From: an uncultured Bacteroidota bacterium
GTDB lineage: Bacteria > Bacteroidota > Bacteroidia > AKYH767-A > OLB10
Assembly: GCA_963814475.1 (NCBI GenBank)
Contig: CAWFDA010000044.1
Coordinates: 146,589-210,588, forward strand
DNA: 64,000 nt
Direction of reading: 5' to 3'
A program made the position numbers and the translations under genes. Below are positions 30,727-41,698 of the stretch, one piece after another; the first letter of the stretch is position 1; every line of letters begins with the position of its first letter. The notes under the pieces are model-generated. The model was not told the origin of the DNA. It ran no database searches and worked only from the letters and a program-made list of their open reading frames with translations.

Positions 30727-32402
30727 TTAATCTTTACTTAAAAACGGATATCTGTAATCTGTCGGTGGAACAAAAGTTTCTTTGATAGTTCGTGGCGACA
30801 CCCAACGAAGGAGATTGATCATCGATCCGGCTTTGTCGTTGGTTCCGGAACCGCGGGCTCCGCCAAATGGTTGTTGTCCTACTACCGCTCCGGTACATTT
30901 GTCGTTGATGTAAAAATTACCTGCCGCATTCACCAGCTTTTTCATTGCATGATCAATTGCATAACGGTCTTGTGAAATGATGGCACCGGTTAAGGCGTAA
31001 ATTCCGGTTTTGTCTACCAGCTCAAGTGTCTCTTCAAATTTATTATCTTCATATACATACACCGTTAGTACAGGTCCGAAAATTTCTTCGCACATGGTAA
31101 TATAGTCCGGCTTTTTTGCCAATAAAATAGTAGGTTCAATAAAATAACCTTTCGATTTATCATATTTCCCCCCGCAACAATTTCAACATCTCCACTCTTC
31201 GATGCATCTGCAATGTAAGAGGTTATTTTATCGAATGCTTTTTCATCAATAACAGCATTAATGAAATTTTCGAAATCTTCAGTAGGTCCCATTTTCATCG
31301 ATTTGAGATCTTCCATCATCCCTTTTTTTACCTCCGGCCACATGCTTGCAGGGATGTAAGCACGCGAAGCAGCACTGCATTTTTGTCCCTGAAATTCGAA
31401 TGCACCTCTGCTCAATGCAGTAACTACTACAGCGGGATCGGCACTTGGATGTGCAACAATAAAGTCTTTTCCTCCGGTCTCACCAACAATTCTTGGATAT
31501 GATTTGTAAACAGAAATATTTTTGCCAATCTCTCCCCATACATTTCTAAATACTTCTGTTGATCCGGTGAAATGAATGCCTGCAAAATCAGGGTGCTTAA
31601 AAATAATATCTCCTGCTACAGGACCTGAAACATAAACAAGGTTAATAACTCCTGCAGGCAATCCGGCTTTAATAAATACCTCCATCAAAACACTTGCTGC
31701 ATAAATCGCAGTGTTAGCAGGCTTCCACACAACAGTGTTGCCCATCATTGCAGCCGATGTAGGGAGATTTCCTGCAATTGCAGTAAAATTAAAAGGTGTA
31801 AGTGCAAAAACAAAACCTTCAAGCGGTCGTTGCTCCAAACGGTTCCACACACCTTTTGAAGAAACCGGTTGCTGATTATAAATTTCGTACATGTACTGGA
31901 CATTAAATCTCAAAAAATCGATCATCTCACAAGCCGCATCAATCTCGGCTTGAAAAACACTTTTCGATTGACCTAACATCGTTGCTGCATTAATTATTGG
32001 GCGATAAGGACCTGCGAGTAAATCGGCTGCTTTCAAAAATATTGCAGCACGCTGTTCCCAATCGAGCGACGCCCATGCAGCTTTTGCAGATAATGCCGCA
32101 TCAATAGCCATTTTTACATGCGACGCATCCCCCTCATGAAAATTCCCCAACAAATGCTGATGGTCGTGAGGAGGATTTAGCTTTTTTGTTTTGCCGGTTC
32201 TAATTTCTTTTCCACCAATGTACATCGGCACATCTTTCACTTTTGAACGTGCTTCTGCAAGTGCTTTTTTCAAATCGGCCCTCTCAACCGACCCCGGAGC
32301 GTAGTTCAAAATAGGTTCGTTGATGGCCTGCGGTACTTTATAAATTGCGTTTGACATATAATTTCGGATTTTGAGTCGCAAAAGTAGCAATTTATACCTC
32401 AT
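30727..32402 (-). CDS. pruA: L-glutamate gamma-semialdehyde (1-pyrroline-5-carboxylate) dehydrogenase, split by a 1-base indel in a C6/G6 homopolymer at 31168-31173
   Basis: Aldehyde dehydrogenase family. The shift sits exactly in the G-run: VAGG then KYDKSKGYFIEPTILLAKKPDYITMCEEIFGPVL reads on in the adjacent frame. The joined length is about 558 aa. Confidence 0.8.
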
Positions 32403-32595
32403 TTGAGGGTGATACTGGTCACTTTGACTCGTAAACGACTGAACTGTAAGATTTTTGAAACTTTTTGACTTGACTTTGAGTAAAATACCATAACAAGTTG
32501 AAATTGACTGGGTCAGAAATGGTCAGAAAAATCAAATCATATTAAATCCATCATAAGAGATCATAATCATCCTATAAATCAAAAGAAATCATCAT

Positions 32596-32988
32596 ATGAG
32601 GTCAAACAATTACTTTAATCAGGAAGAAAGTGAAAAGTGCCAGTGTATCACCCTTGATGAAAAAGGGGAAATTGTAGGAAGCAGCGACACTCTTTTTGAA
32701 ACTAAAAAGATGACACCTTCGATGATCAAAAAACAATTTCCTTTTTTGTGGGGTATCATTTCCAAATTGAAAGAGCCGGAATTTGCACATGATCCATTAT
32801 TTTTTCCTCATGTTGAAATGGAGATAAATGGATATCGAAGTATTTGTGATTTTACTTTTATGAAATCGGTTGATGCATTAGGAATTCAAAGATTTATTTG
32901 GATGATTTACGACAACTCTATCCACTACAAAGACATTATTTCGAATGTAAAAAAGAAAAGAATGAACAATTTGAGATTCTCACTTTAA
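32596..32988 (+). CDS. Hypothetical protein
   Basis: 130-aa ORF convergent with the helicase gene and overlapping its end by 4 bp. No recognisable family. Confidence 0.35.
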   Translation: MRSNNYFNQEESEKCQCITLDEKGEIVGSSDTLFETKKMTPSMIKKQFPFLWGIISKLKEPEFAHDPLFFPHVEMEINGYRSICDFTFMKSVDALGIQRFIWMIYDNSIHYKDIISNVKKKRMNNLRFSL

Positions 32989-35900
32989 GCTGCATCCGAC
33001 GTTATTATTTTTCCTAATGATGGATAAATAATTATTGTTTTAATATTCGAGTAACCCATTTGCTTCAACACAACGGCATACGATTCCAGTTGTCTGAGAT
33101 GATTTTTTTCTTCAGCTCCTGTTTTGTAATCGATAATTAATACTTCATTTTTCTTTATAATTACCCGATCTGGTCTGAGTAAAGAACCATCGGTTAAAAG
33201 TAATTCTGTTTCGTTTAATGTTTCAGCATTTTCGTCAAACCATTCTCGTTCCTTTGCTATAGAAACAAAATACTGAATATCATTTACTATTCTTGCTCGT
33301 TGTTCTTCATCCACTTTGTTTTGAATGAAATATTGGTCAATAATATTTTCAGTATTATCAGAGTTGTAAATTGAGGAAGCAATTTCGTGAAAAATGGTTC
33401 CATAAATAGTGTCGGGTGGTTCGGGATCGTACACCGATATTTTTTTCTTACTGATGAGCATTTGCAATCTACTTTTCCAACCCTCCGAAATCCAAGTATT
33501 CAAATTCTCCCCTGTAACATGTGATGTTTTTTTCTTTCGGAATGGTGCTGAAAATTTCCCTGATTCAAATGTGCATTTTTGATCCGTAACAAGTTGGTGT
33601 GACCAATGTTCATCACTTTGTAAGATTGAATAAATTAATTTTGATGTGGTGTTGACTGTTTTGTTAGTTGATTCGGTTGGAAGCTGTGCGAAAATATAAA
33701 GTTGTTCTTCCGCTCTTGTGGTGGCAACATAAAGCATGTTCAAGTTATCCATTTTACTCATCAGCACCTCACGATCTAAATCTTCTTCAAAAACTGAGTC
33801 TTCCAGTTTTTTATTTACTCTTACGGGATGTGCAGGAACTGAATTGAATGGGGCTTGATTATTGGTCACCCAAATAGTTTCATCCGGATGGGGAGTTAGT
33901 TTCCATTCGGCAAAGGGAATTATTACAACCGGAAATTGTAATCCTTTAGATTTATGAATACTCATCACCCGTATAGCATTTTCTCCTGCAGGAACTATCA
34001 CTGAACATTTATCTTTCTCAAGATTTTCATCCCACCATAATAGAAAGTCGTTTATGTTGGAGGGATTTGATACTGAATATTCTATTATTAAATCGAGGAA
34101 TCGCTGAGTATATGCTTCGGGAATAGAATTTAATTTGAAAATAATTAGCAATTCTTCCACTACTTCATAGAGTGGAATTTTTCTGAATTCAATCAATCTT
34201 TTTGTAAATGAATCAGGTAGCATTTGCAAATTCTCATACTTACGTTGCGAAAATAAGTGATCTGGCTCCTGTGCCGTTTCCGGATGGCAAACGATATTCC
34301 AATAATAATTTATATGTGCAAGTGCAATCTGATCCTGTTGATCGTTTATGAAGGTGAGTAAATTTACTATAAACAAAATATTTGGAGAGTGATATAATTG
34401 CATCGACTCTGGAGAAATAATTTTGTCGATACCATTGTTCAGTAAAAAGGCTGTGATTTCCTTTGCATCAGAATTCTTTCTTGTTAGAAAAGCTATATCT
34501 CCCGGTTCATACCCAGCTTCAAAAAGTTTGTGTAAAGTAGTCAGCGATTCTTGGCATGCATTTTCTTTCCATCCTGAATCTTCATCATCAGATGCTTCCC
34601 TATCAAACGATTTCTTTTTCGATTTTTTACTTTCGTAAAGAATTATTTTAAGATACCCATCATTTTCAATTCCTTTTTTCCATTCTTGAGCAATATCTTT
34701 TGAGTTGTAAGCATTTCCGGGAGTCCCTTCTTCTATTTTAAGATCTAGGGCATAGGGCGCTTGGGCATAAAATTTATTATTGAAAGATACAATCACTTCA
34801 CGACTACGATAATTTGAATCCAATTGTCGTACTCGTGTAATTTCATCGAAATGTTTAAACTGTGATTTAATCCCATTCAGCAATAAGTTCATATTGCCAC
34901 CTCTCCAGCGGTAAATCGATTGTTTGGCGTCACCTACGATTAGAGTGTAATTTCCTGATCCAATTGAATTTTCAATTAAGGGAGCAAGATTTTGCCACTG
35001 AAAATCGGAAGTATCTTGAAATTCATCGAGCATAAAGTGACTATATCTGTTTCCGCTTTTTTCATAGATGAAAGGAGTGTCTTGCCCACTAATGGCTCTG
35101 CTTAAAATCCTGTTTGTGTCAGTGAGCAAAACAATTTCATTCTCATCTCTAAATATTTTTAATTTCTCATCTAGCGCTCCAATAACTCCCGCTTCGTAGG
35201 CATTGGCAAGCACAGCAAGTGCTCCTTTATATCTTCTGTTTTCATTTTCTATTAGCTTAAGAATTTTATTTGCCAAAGGAATGAATTTAGAAAGAGCCAA
35301 ACTTTTTACAACCTCTGCTTGAGGAGATTTTTTAGCTGCCCATAAATCTTCCGATTCTGCTGCATCCAAAAACCTTTTCCCCGGTAGGTAGTTATTATCT
35401 TTTACTTTTTGTTGTATTTTAAAGAAATAATTTGCAGCTCCTGTTTTTCCATAGTGAAAATCTTCTAAACTTAAATTGTTTTCAGCAACAATGGTAGAAA
35501 ATTCCTTTCCGAAAGATATCATTTTACTTTCAAATGAATTAATCAGTATTTTTAATTCACCAATAAGTTCTTTTTCCGGTTTTCTTATACCTTCAGCAAA
35601 TAAAGTTCTGTATTTGTCATCAAAAAGTTGTTTTGCAATTTTATGAATCTCCTTTTCAATTTGCCATCCTTTTTCATTTTCAAGTTTATCAAAAACAAAA
35701 TTCTGTAGCCATTTTCGCAGCCAGGGATCTTTCGAAATGTCATTAAATAACATTACGGTAATTTCACTTATCACCGAATTAATATCCAGTTCGATATTAA
35801 ATCGAAGTGGCAAATGTAATTCTCTTGCAAGCGATCGCACCATCTTGCTAAAAAAGCTATCGATGGTTGAAACAGCAAATCCTGAATAATCATGTAAAAT

Positions 35901-36188
35901 ATTTTCAACTACTTGAGCTGCTTTGGCAGGAAGTTGTTGAAGGGGTAGGCCCGTTTGTTCATGAATCGATTTTTGAAGTTCCGGTTCTTTATTTTCGGAA
36001 ATAGCGACAAGAGCCTCCACAATTCTGGTCTTCATTTCCTCGGTGGCCTTGTTGGTGAACGTTATGGCAAGAATAGACCTGTATAAAGTTGGATTTTGTA
36101 GCACCAGCTTCAGGTATTCAAAAACAAGGGTATATGTTTTTCCCGAACCTGCTGACGATCTGTAAATTACCAACTCATTTTTCGACAT
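32985..36188 (-). CDS. UvrD-family helicase fused to a C-terminal PD-(D/E)XK nuclease (AddA/RecB-like)
   Basis: N-terminal Walker A (YRSSAGSGKTYTL), UvrD helicase motifs, and a C-terminal RecB-type nuclease motif (IIDYKTG). Confidence 0.75.
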   Translation of the reverse strand: MSKNELVIYRSSAGSGKTYTLVFEYLKLVLQNPTLYRSILAITFTNKATEEMKTRIVEALVAISENKEPELQKSIHEQTGLPLQQLPAKAAQVVENILHDYSGFAVSTIDSFFSKMVRSLARELHLPLRFNIELDINSVISEITVMLFNDISKDPWLRKWLQNFVFDKLENEKGWQIEKEIHKIAKQLFDDKYRTLFAEGIRKPEKELIGELKILINSFESKMISFGKEFSTIVAENNLSLEDFHYGKTGAANYFFKIQQKVKDNNYLPGKRFLDAAESEDLWAAKKSPQAEVVKSLALSKFIPLANKILKLIENENRRYKGALAVLANAYEAGVIGALDEKLKIFRDENEIVLLTDTNRILSRAISGQDTPFIYEKSGNRYSHFMLDEFQDTSDFQWQNLAPLIENSIGSGNYTLIVGDAKQSIYRWRGGNMNLLLNGIKSQFKHFDEITRVRQLDSNYRSREVIVSFNNKFYAQAPYALDLKIEEGTPGNAYNSKDIAQEWKKGIENDGYLKIILYESKKSKKKSFDREASDDEDSGWKENACQESLTTLHKLFEAGYEPGDIAFLTRKNSDAKEITAFLLNNGIDKIISPESMQLYHSPNILFIVNLLTFINDQQDQIALAHINYYWNIVCHPETAQEPDHLFSQRKYENLQMLPDSFTKRLIEFRKIPLYEVVEELLIIFKLNSIPEAYTQRFLDLIIEYSVSNPSNINDFLLWWDENLEKDKCSVIVPAGENAIRVMSIHKSKGLQFPVVIIPFAEWKLTPHPDETIWVTNNQAPFNSVPAHPVRVNKKLEDSVFEEDLDREVLMSKMDNLNMLYVATTRAEEQLYIFAQLPTESTNKTVNTTSKLIYSILQSDEHWSHQLVTDQKCTFESGKFSAPFRKKKTSHVTGENLNTWISEGWKSRLQMLISKKKISVYDPEPPDTIYGTIFHEIASSIYNSDNTENIIDQYFIQNKVDEEQRARIVNDIQYFVSIAKEREWFDENAETLNETELLLTDGSLLRPDRVIIKKNEVLIIDYKTGAEEKNHLRQLESYAVVLKQMGYSNIKTIIIYPSLGKIITSDAA

Positions 36189-36243
36189 ACTCCAAAATAT
36201 TTCAAGGGTAAAGCTACTGTTTATTTTGAAAAGTTGGAAAAAA

Positions 36244-36390
36244 TGTCATTAAGTCATTGGTCGATGTCAACGCGGAAGTGTCATTAGGTCATTGAAAAGG
36301 ATCATTATACGTTATACATTATACATTTTGCATTATACATTTTGCATTATACATTACAAATTATACATTAAACATTTTACATTCCTGTAG
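36244..36390. repeat. GTCATT-word element (related to 7825-7900) followed by about 10 tandem TATACATT/TTTGCATTATACAT units
   Basis: Read directly from the sequence. Confidence 0.75.
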
Positions 36391-36540
36391 AAGTTCCCTA
36401 ATGACTAAAGATTTCATCTTTAAGAAAAGATTCCCCCAATGACATTATTCATTACTTTTGACCATTTTGTACAAAGATATTCTCCTAAAACCAAAAGCCC
36501 GGAAATTACTTTCCGGGCTCCTATAGATAATATCTAAATT

Positions 36541-37674
36541 CTAGTTCTTTGTTTCTTCCATAGCAGGAACATCACTAAGTTTCAAATCGCCCTCTGTTCC
36601 TTTATATTTGTAACCAATCAAAGATATAGTCATCGATTTCAAGGGTTTGTTTGAAGGTATTAAGCGGTAGTAAGCTAAGCCGGTATTCGGACTTTTATCA
36701 ACAATAGCGTAAGCCGTTAGTTTACCCGGAGCACCAGTAGCCTTTAATCTTCCAACTTCCATAAAATCTTTGGCATCCATTGAGCGTTCTATGATAAATG
36801 AGTCAATTTCAGATTCAGAAGCCGTGTACCAGGATACCATTACATAATTGCTTTCTGCTTTGGCTTCAAAATTAAGTAACGTTACCGGCATTTCGCTAAT
36901 TTGTCGGGTAGCCTTGATTAGTACGTTGTCAATAAATACTTTATCTGTGCCATCACCTTTCAAATTCTTTCCTACTATAAGATTATCCTTTTCTTTCCAA
37001 ACCATCACACTTTCAACATCATCTTCATGGCTCCAAATGGTGACATTATTCACAAATATTTCTGATCGGCCTTTGACAGGATCATAAATAAAACGATAAT
37101 TTCTGAATTCATTATCAGCAGGAATTTCATACCTGGTAACTTCTGAAACAGAAATATATTTTTTGTCCTTGTTTTTTAATTTATAAGATACAGCAATGTT
37201 GCCATCTTTTACTTCCATGGAAAAATTAGAACCTCTTGTAAAAAGTTCGCAATTTTCTTCCGATTTTCTGTAATCCACACTCATATCAATTCCGCCAAGA
37301 TTGAGTTCTCTCACTGCAGGAATTTCAAAGTTGAGAGGTTGTTTGTTTTTACCCGGACTCAATCCTCTGGTGTTTTCTGTTCCACCACCGGCACAAATAG
37401 CTTCTTTAGATATCGCAACTGCATCAGGACCAATTTCTGCCTTGAGCAAATCACCATTATCCCAGTCGTATGCCACAATTACATCACCATTGTTAATATC
37501 ATATCCCAGCATCATGTTTTTATGCAATCCTGCTGTTGATGTTGTAACTTGTGTGGTGTTAATAAAGAATGTGAAATAAGCTGCGAGCCCCATCAAAGAT
37601 GCACCTGCAACAACGAATACCATGCGGTTCATGGTCCTCATTTTTTGTCTGTTTCGTAACGATCTTCTTCCCAT
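36541..37674 (-). CDS. Membrane-anchored protein with a lectin/LamG-like jelly-roll region and a C-terminal fn3-like module
   Basis: An N-terminal TM helix. The C-terminal module (LLNFEAKAESNYVMVSWYT...AYYRLIP) resembles a module in the neighbouring 1142-aa protein. Confidence 0.5.
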   Translation of the reverse strand: MGRRSLRNRQKMRTMNRMVFVVAGASLMGLAAYFTFFINTTQVTTSTAGLHKNMMLGYDINNGDVIVAYDWDNGDLLKAEIGPDAVAISKEAICAGGGTENTRGLSPGKNKQPLNFEIPAVRELNLGGIDMSVDYRKSEENCELFTRGSNFSMEVKDGNIAVSYKLKNKDKKYISVSEVTRYEIPADNEFRNYRFIYDPVKGRSEIFVNNVTIWSHEDDVESVMVWKEKDNLIVGKNLKGDGTDKVFIDNVLIKATRQISEMPVTLLNFEAKAESNYVMVSWYTASESEIDSFIIERSMDAKDFMEVGRLKATGAPGKLTAYAIVDKSPNTGLAYYRLIPSNKPLKSMTISLIGYKYKGTEGDLKLSDVPAMEETKN

Positions 37675-37694
37675 TGGAATTTTTATTTTAATTA

Positions 37695-40600
37695 TTAATT
37701 TTTAAACAGTTTTATATTTTTTATGGTTTTGCCATCTGTCACCGAGACGATATATATTCCGGGAATTAAATTATTAACATCGTTTATGTGATATGAATTA
37801 ATTCCTAGTGTACTATTAATTGTTTGTTTCAGTGCAACTTGTCCGTTGGTGCTTGTGAGTTTAACATCTATAGTTCCTTCAAAAGCAAGTTCCCATTTAA
37901 TTGTGAATCCGGTGCTAAATGGATTTGGACCAACAGAAATGAGTTCTAGGTTGGATGCTTTGCTATCCTGATTTTCGATTTTTATACTGTTTGAATATTT
38001 AAAATCACCTTCTGCATTATTTTGTCGTATTCGGTAATAGGATATTCCTTTTTGAGGTGATGCATCTTTTTCTAAGTAGGTTATTGATAATGTTGATGTT
38101 GCTTTTGCATCTACTGTTAACAGTTCCTCAAAATTAAATCCATCTATTGATGTTTCAATACTATAGTTTGTTACTATAGCATTTGGTAGTGATACCCATT
38201 TTAGTTCCACCTGTTTGTTTTTAAGGACAGCATCGAAAGTTAAAATATCAGCTGGTTCCGGGATTTCATTGGATACGAGTAAAATATTTCCCCATGTAGA
38301 ATTATTTTTAACAACTACTGATCCGGCTTGTGTAGTATTTCCAACTCCATTTCCTCCAATAATATTCCATTGGGAATTTTTCCAAACCATTGCCGAGAAA
38401 TTGCCATTCGAAACACTTTGTGTAGTTGTGTTTTCAGAAGGTAAATAGGTAAGAGTTATATTAGCTTTTACTCCCGGCGCATTGATATGGAACCAACGGT
38501 CTATCACTCTTTCATTACTAACATCAGAATTGTTAAGGTTTATGTTTGTGATGCTTGCTGCTAAGGGCCTGTTGTCCTTAGCGGAAGTTCTTGTAGAAGC
38601 TGAAAAATCTAATCCCATTCCACTGATTGGTTCAAACCGCAATGGAAGTTTTTCACCGATGCCGATTCCGAATGGTATTGTGTAAGCATTACTCTCAATA
38701 TTTTTCCAAATTACTAAGCTGGTTTGGCCCGATGCATTGGTCTCGCTTTTGATATATCCTTCATTGGAGGTAATGGCATCTGCAGATCCTGATTGTATTG
38801 TAATGTTGAATCCATTCAGTTGAAATTCCCCAATCATGAGGTCTAACGCTTTTCGAATAGTAACGCCTGAAGCGTTTAATTTTGCAACTCCTGATGGTTT
38901 GTTGATAAGCAAAATTCCGTATTGCTGCTCGGCAGTTTGAGCTGTTCCAACACCTGTTCCTGATATTATTTGATTTCCGGTGCCATTATATTCAATCGTG
39001 CTTAATGGCCACAATGTATAATTCATATTTCCATTTGCTTTTATAGTAGCATTGGAAGTTCCATTATATAATCCTTCGGAATGTGAAGTTTTAATTCTAC
39101 CTCCATTGGAAACTGTGATTCCGGAATATAAACTTAAAGCGTTTGAATATATTTGTCGTGAGCCTGCATCAAGTGTTCCACCGGAGGAAACTTTGATCAT
39201 ATCAGGAACTAAATAATTTGTAGAAGCCGATTGCATGTTACCAGATGCAATCCGAACGATACAGCCTGAACTAATTACTTGTTTTAAGTTTTGAATTTTT
39301 GCCGAACTACTATTTTCATAATATGAAATAAGCCCTGAGCGATCGTAGTAAATAATTCCGTAAATTGGATTTACAGCAGCCACAACAGTATTTATTGCAG
39401 CCTGACCACCAATGGTAAAGTTTTCTCCATTAATTGAAAGTATATGTGCAATTGTTGAAGAGCTGCTATTATCAAAAGTAATCGTACCGGAAATATTTGT
39501 GAAATCACCTTTTACTGTCATGTACACTGCATTTGAAGTGCCGCTAGTCGCATTGTTGTGAAGTAATACTATACCACCTGACTGATTGTAATCTCCTTCA
39601 ACATTAACATTTGCGGAACCTTTTGATGATTTAATATTTAAACTTCCGGATACAATTTTCAAATCAGAATTAAAAGTGGCTACCAATGGACCTTCAGTTT
39701 TTGATAGATTTACTTCACTTCCATTGACAGTGACTACATCTTCAAACGCAAGGGTAGATTGATGATCACCATAATTAAAGTTAGCGTTGCAACCTATAAA
39801 ATCTGTTAGGCCTTTTATTTTAATATTTTCAATGCCGGTGCTTCCACTTGTTGTGAATTCGGCCAATGGAGTACCTTTAACAATCAAGTTTCCTTGAATT
39901 TCTAAATCTAGTTTAGTATTACTTTTTATTCCCGACAAGGAATTTAATCCATTACCTCTAAATTTGGATGCCGCGTTGATGTAGTCAATGATTAAATCGC
40001 CATTAACTACTATTTTGGAAGTATTATTATTTGTATGGCATGCATAATGCGCCATAAAAATTCCGCCTGTTAATTCCATAGAACCAAATTCCATGTCGAC
40101 GATACCTGCCGCGTTAGATGACAGATTGAATATTCCTCTAAAGTCGCCATGAGTTTGCTTATAACGACCGTTAATACGTATTTTAGCATCACCATTTGAA
40201 ATGCCTTGCACACCCGAATTATAAATTAATTCTATATTACCTAGATTGAGAACATCTCCATGTACAACGAGTTCAATATCTCCATCTCCATTGTAAATGC
40301 CATTCATTGTTCCGCCAATGTTAGTAAGTGAATTGGTAGTTACTTTGAACGAACCTGGATGATTTCCATTATGAAGATCTAAATAGGAATTTACATTTTT
40401 GAGATTTATTTCATTAATGAAAGTATTAGAAATAGTACCTGATTTATCCAATACTATCCAACCTTGGTCTATTGTAAAAGTTCCTAAAATTTGATGAGTT
40501 TCGAATTGATTGTTTTGATCCCACTCGAATAGTAATCCATTGGATAAAGTTGTTACACTTAAATTTCCAAAATCGCCACTTACTACAGATCCAAGTGGTA

Positions 40601-41123
40601 CGTTATTGTAATTGTACCATTTGTTTATAATAAGAGTACTTGTCGGATGAAATTCTTCTTTGCCTTTTATAAACATTGTGGCTCCTGTTGTTGTATTATC
40701 GGAAGGATCCCAAATGACAGTACCAGTTGCTCCAATTTTAAAGAAACCATTATTTTGCAAGAGTTCTATGTTTCCATCAATAATTTCAGCTGTACCATTT
40801 ACAATAATACCATTATTGACTGTAAGCTTTTTATTAGAAAGCCATTTCAAACTGCCTCCTGCATCAATAGTCACTGATTGTACAGTAACATCGCCATTTA
40901 TGGTAACGATGTGATTATTTTGAATTTGAATTAAATCACCTGCTGTAGGAATTCCTGAAGGTTGCCAAGTTGTCGAAGCTGAAAAATTTCCGGAATTTGT
41001 TGATATTCTTGTTACTGCAGATACATCATTAAAACTGAGTAAACAAAGGAAAACTGCCAATACAAGACGAATTGGGATATATTTTCTTTGAAATGCGATT
41101 GAAAGTTTAGATGTTATCCCCAT
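37695..41123 (-). CDS. Large (1142 aa) secreted beta-helix-like protein with a T9SS C-terminal sorting domain
   Basis: Signal peptide; a Gly/Asn/Thr/Ser-rich repetitive beta-strand sequence; an fn3-like module; a Por CTD (GPNPFSTGFTIKWE...GIYIVSVTDGK). Confidence 0.7.
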   Translation of the reverse strand: MGITSKLSIAFQRKYIPIRLVLAVFLCLLSFNDVSAVTRISTNSGNFSASTTWQPSGIPTAGDLIQIQNNHIVTINGDVTVQSVTIDAGGSLKWLSNKKLTVNNGIIVNGTAEIIDGNIELLQNNGFFKIGATGTVIWDPSDNTTTGATMFIKGKEEFHPTSTLIINKWYNYNNVPLGSVVSGDFGNLSVTTLSNGLLFEWDQNNQFETHQILGTFTIDQGWIVLDKSGTISNTFINEINLKNVNSYLDLHNGNHPGSFKVTTNSLTNIGGTMNGIYNGDGDIELVVHGDVLNLGNIELIYNSGVQGISNGDAKIRINGRYKQTHGDFRGIFNLSSNAAGIVDMEFGSMELTGGIFMAHYACHTNNNTSKIVVNGDLIIDYINAASKFRGNGLNSLSGIKSNTKLDLEIQGNLIVKGTPLAEFTTSGSTGIENIKIKGLTDFIGCNANFNYGDHQSTLAFEDVVTVNGSEVNLSKTEGPLVATFNSDLKIVSGSLNIKSSKGSANVNVEGDYNQSGGIVLLHNNATSGTSNAVYMTVKGDFTNISGTITFDNSSSSTIAHILSINGENFTIGGQAAINTVVAAVNPIYGIIYYDRSGLISYYENSSSAKIQNLKQVISSGCIVRIASGNMQSASTNYLVPDMIKVSSGGTLDAGSRQIYSNALSLYSGITVSNGGRIKTSHSEGLYNGTSNATIKANGNMNYTLWPLSTIEYNGTGNQIISGTGVGTAQTAEQQYGILLINKPSGVAKLNASGVTIRKALDLMIGEFQLNGFNITIQSGSADAITSNEGYIKSETNASGQTSLVIWKNIESNAYTIPFGIGIGEKLPLRFEPISGMGLDFSASTRTSAKDNRPLAASITNINLNNSDVSNERVIDRWFHINAPGVKANITLTYLPSENTTTQSVSNGNFSAMVWKNSQWNIIGGNGVGNTTQAGSVVVKNNSTWGNILLVSNEIPEPADILTFDAVLKNKQVELKWVSLPNAIVTNYSIETSIDGFNFEELLTVDAKATSTLSITYLEKDASPQKGISYYRIRQNNAEGDFKYSNSIKIENQDSKASNLELISVGPNPFSTGFTIKWELAFEGTIDVKLTSTNGQVALKQTINSTLGINSYHINDVNNLIPGIYIVSVTDGKTIKNIKLFKN

Positions 41124-41125
41124 AA

Positions 41126-41419
41126 TTATTGTATTATTATTGGGGTAAGTTGTTTGGCGATTTTGTAACGAGCTCCGTTTCTATTGTTTGTATCGGGTAA
41201 GGAGAGAACCAGTTGCTCTACTACCATTTCAACCGGAAGTGATTCTGAGGATAGGTTTGAGCTAACTTCAGCTTTTGTCAATTCGGTTTGCGATATTTGG
41301 AGGTAAATAAATATTCCGGTAGCAATTGCTACAATTGAAAAGCCTGCAATAATCGCATAACGCAATCTAAAGCGCTGGCTTTGTGTATTTTTTTGTTTGT
41401 TTGATTTCCTAAGATTCAT
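41126..41419 (-). CDS. Small single-pass membrane protein
   Basis: 97 aa with a basic N-terminus and one TM helix, ending 3 bp before the start of the 1142-aa gene. Confidence 0.45.
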   Translation of the reverse strand: MNLRKSNKQKNTQSQRFRLRYAIIAGFSIVAIATGIFIYLQISQTELTKAEVSSNLSSESLPVEMVVEQLVLSLPDTNNRNGARYKIAKQLTPIIIQ

Positions 41420-41648
41420 AAAGGTGTTCCGTAATCACATCTCATTTATAAGTATCTATTAAACTGTTTATTATAGATTGGGTTCGTTTTCTGGTTCGAT
41501 GGCCTTACATTTGTAAGATTTATACCAAAAAAGATCATTTTTGAATAATGATACCTAAGTTAATATTCTGTTTGATGTGAAAATTCCGTGAATTTGATGT
41601 CTTCCGAAAAGGTTTTGAATTTTAGGTGAATTTAAATAGCATCTACAA

Positions 41649-41683
41649 CAAAAAACCCTGCTCAATTGAGCAGGGTTTTTTTT
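41649..41683. terminator. Rho-independent terminator (CCCTGCTC-AATT-GAGCAGGG flanked by A- and T-runs) after the sigma-54 regulator gene
   Basis: A perfect 8-bp GC-rich stem with poly-T on one side and poly-A on the other, read directly. Confidence 0.7.
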
Positions 41684-41698
41684 GATTTAAATAGTTTG

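Noticed and set aside
41470-41500. GGTTCGATGGCC resembling a tRNA T-arm
   Set aside because: No acceptor stem or anticodon arm can be drawn around it, so it is not a tRNA.
41420-41650. Sigma-54 (-24/-12) promoter upstream of the 97-aa and 1142-aa genes
   Set aside because: I scanned both strands by eye for TGGCAC-N5-TTGC and its reverse complement. The best candidate, TGGCCT-N5-TTGTA, is on the wrong strand and lacks the GC of the -12 element.
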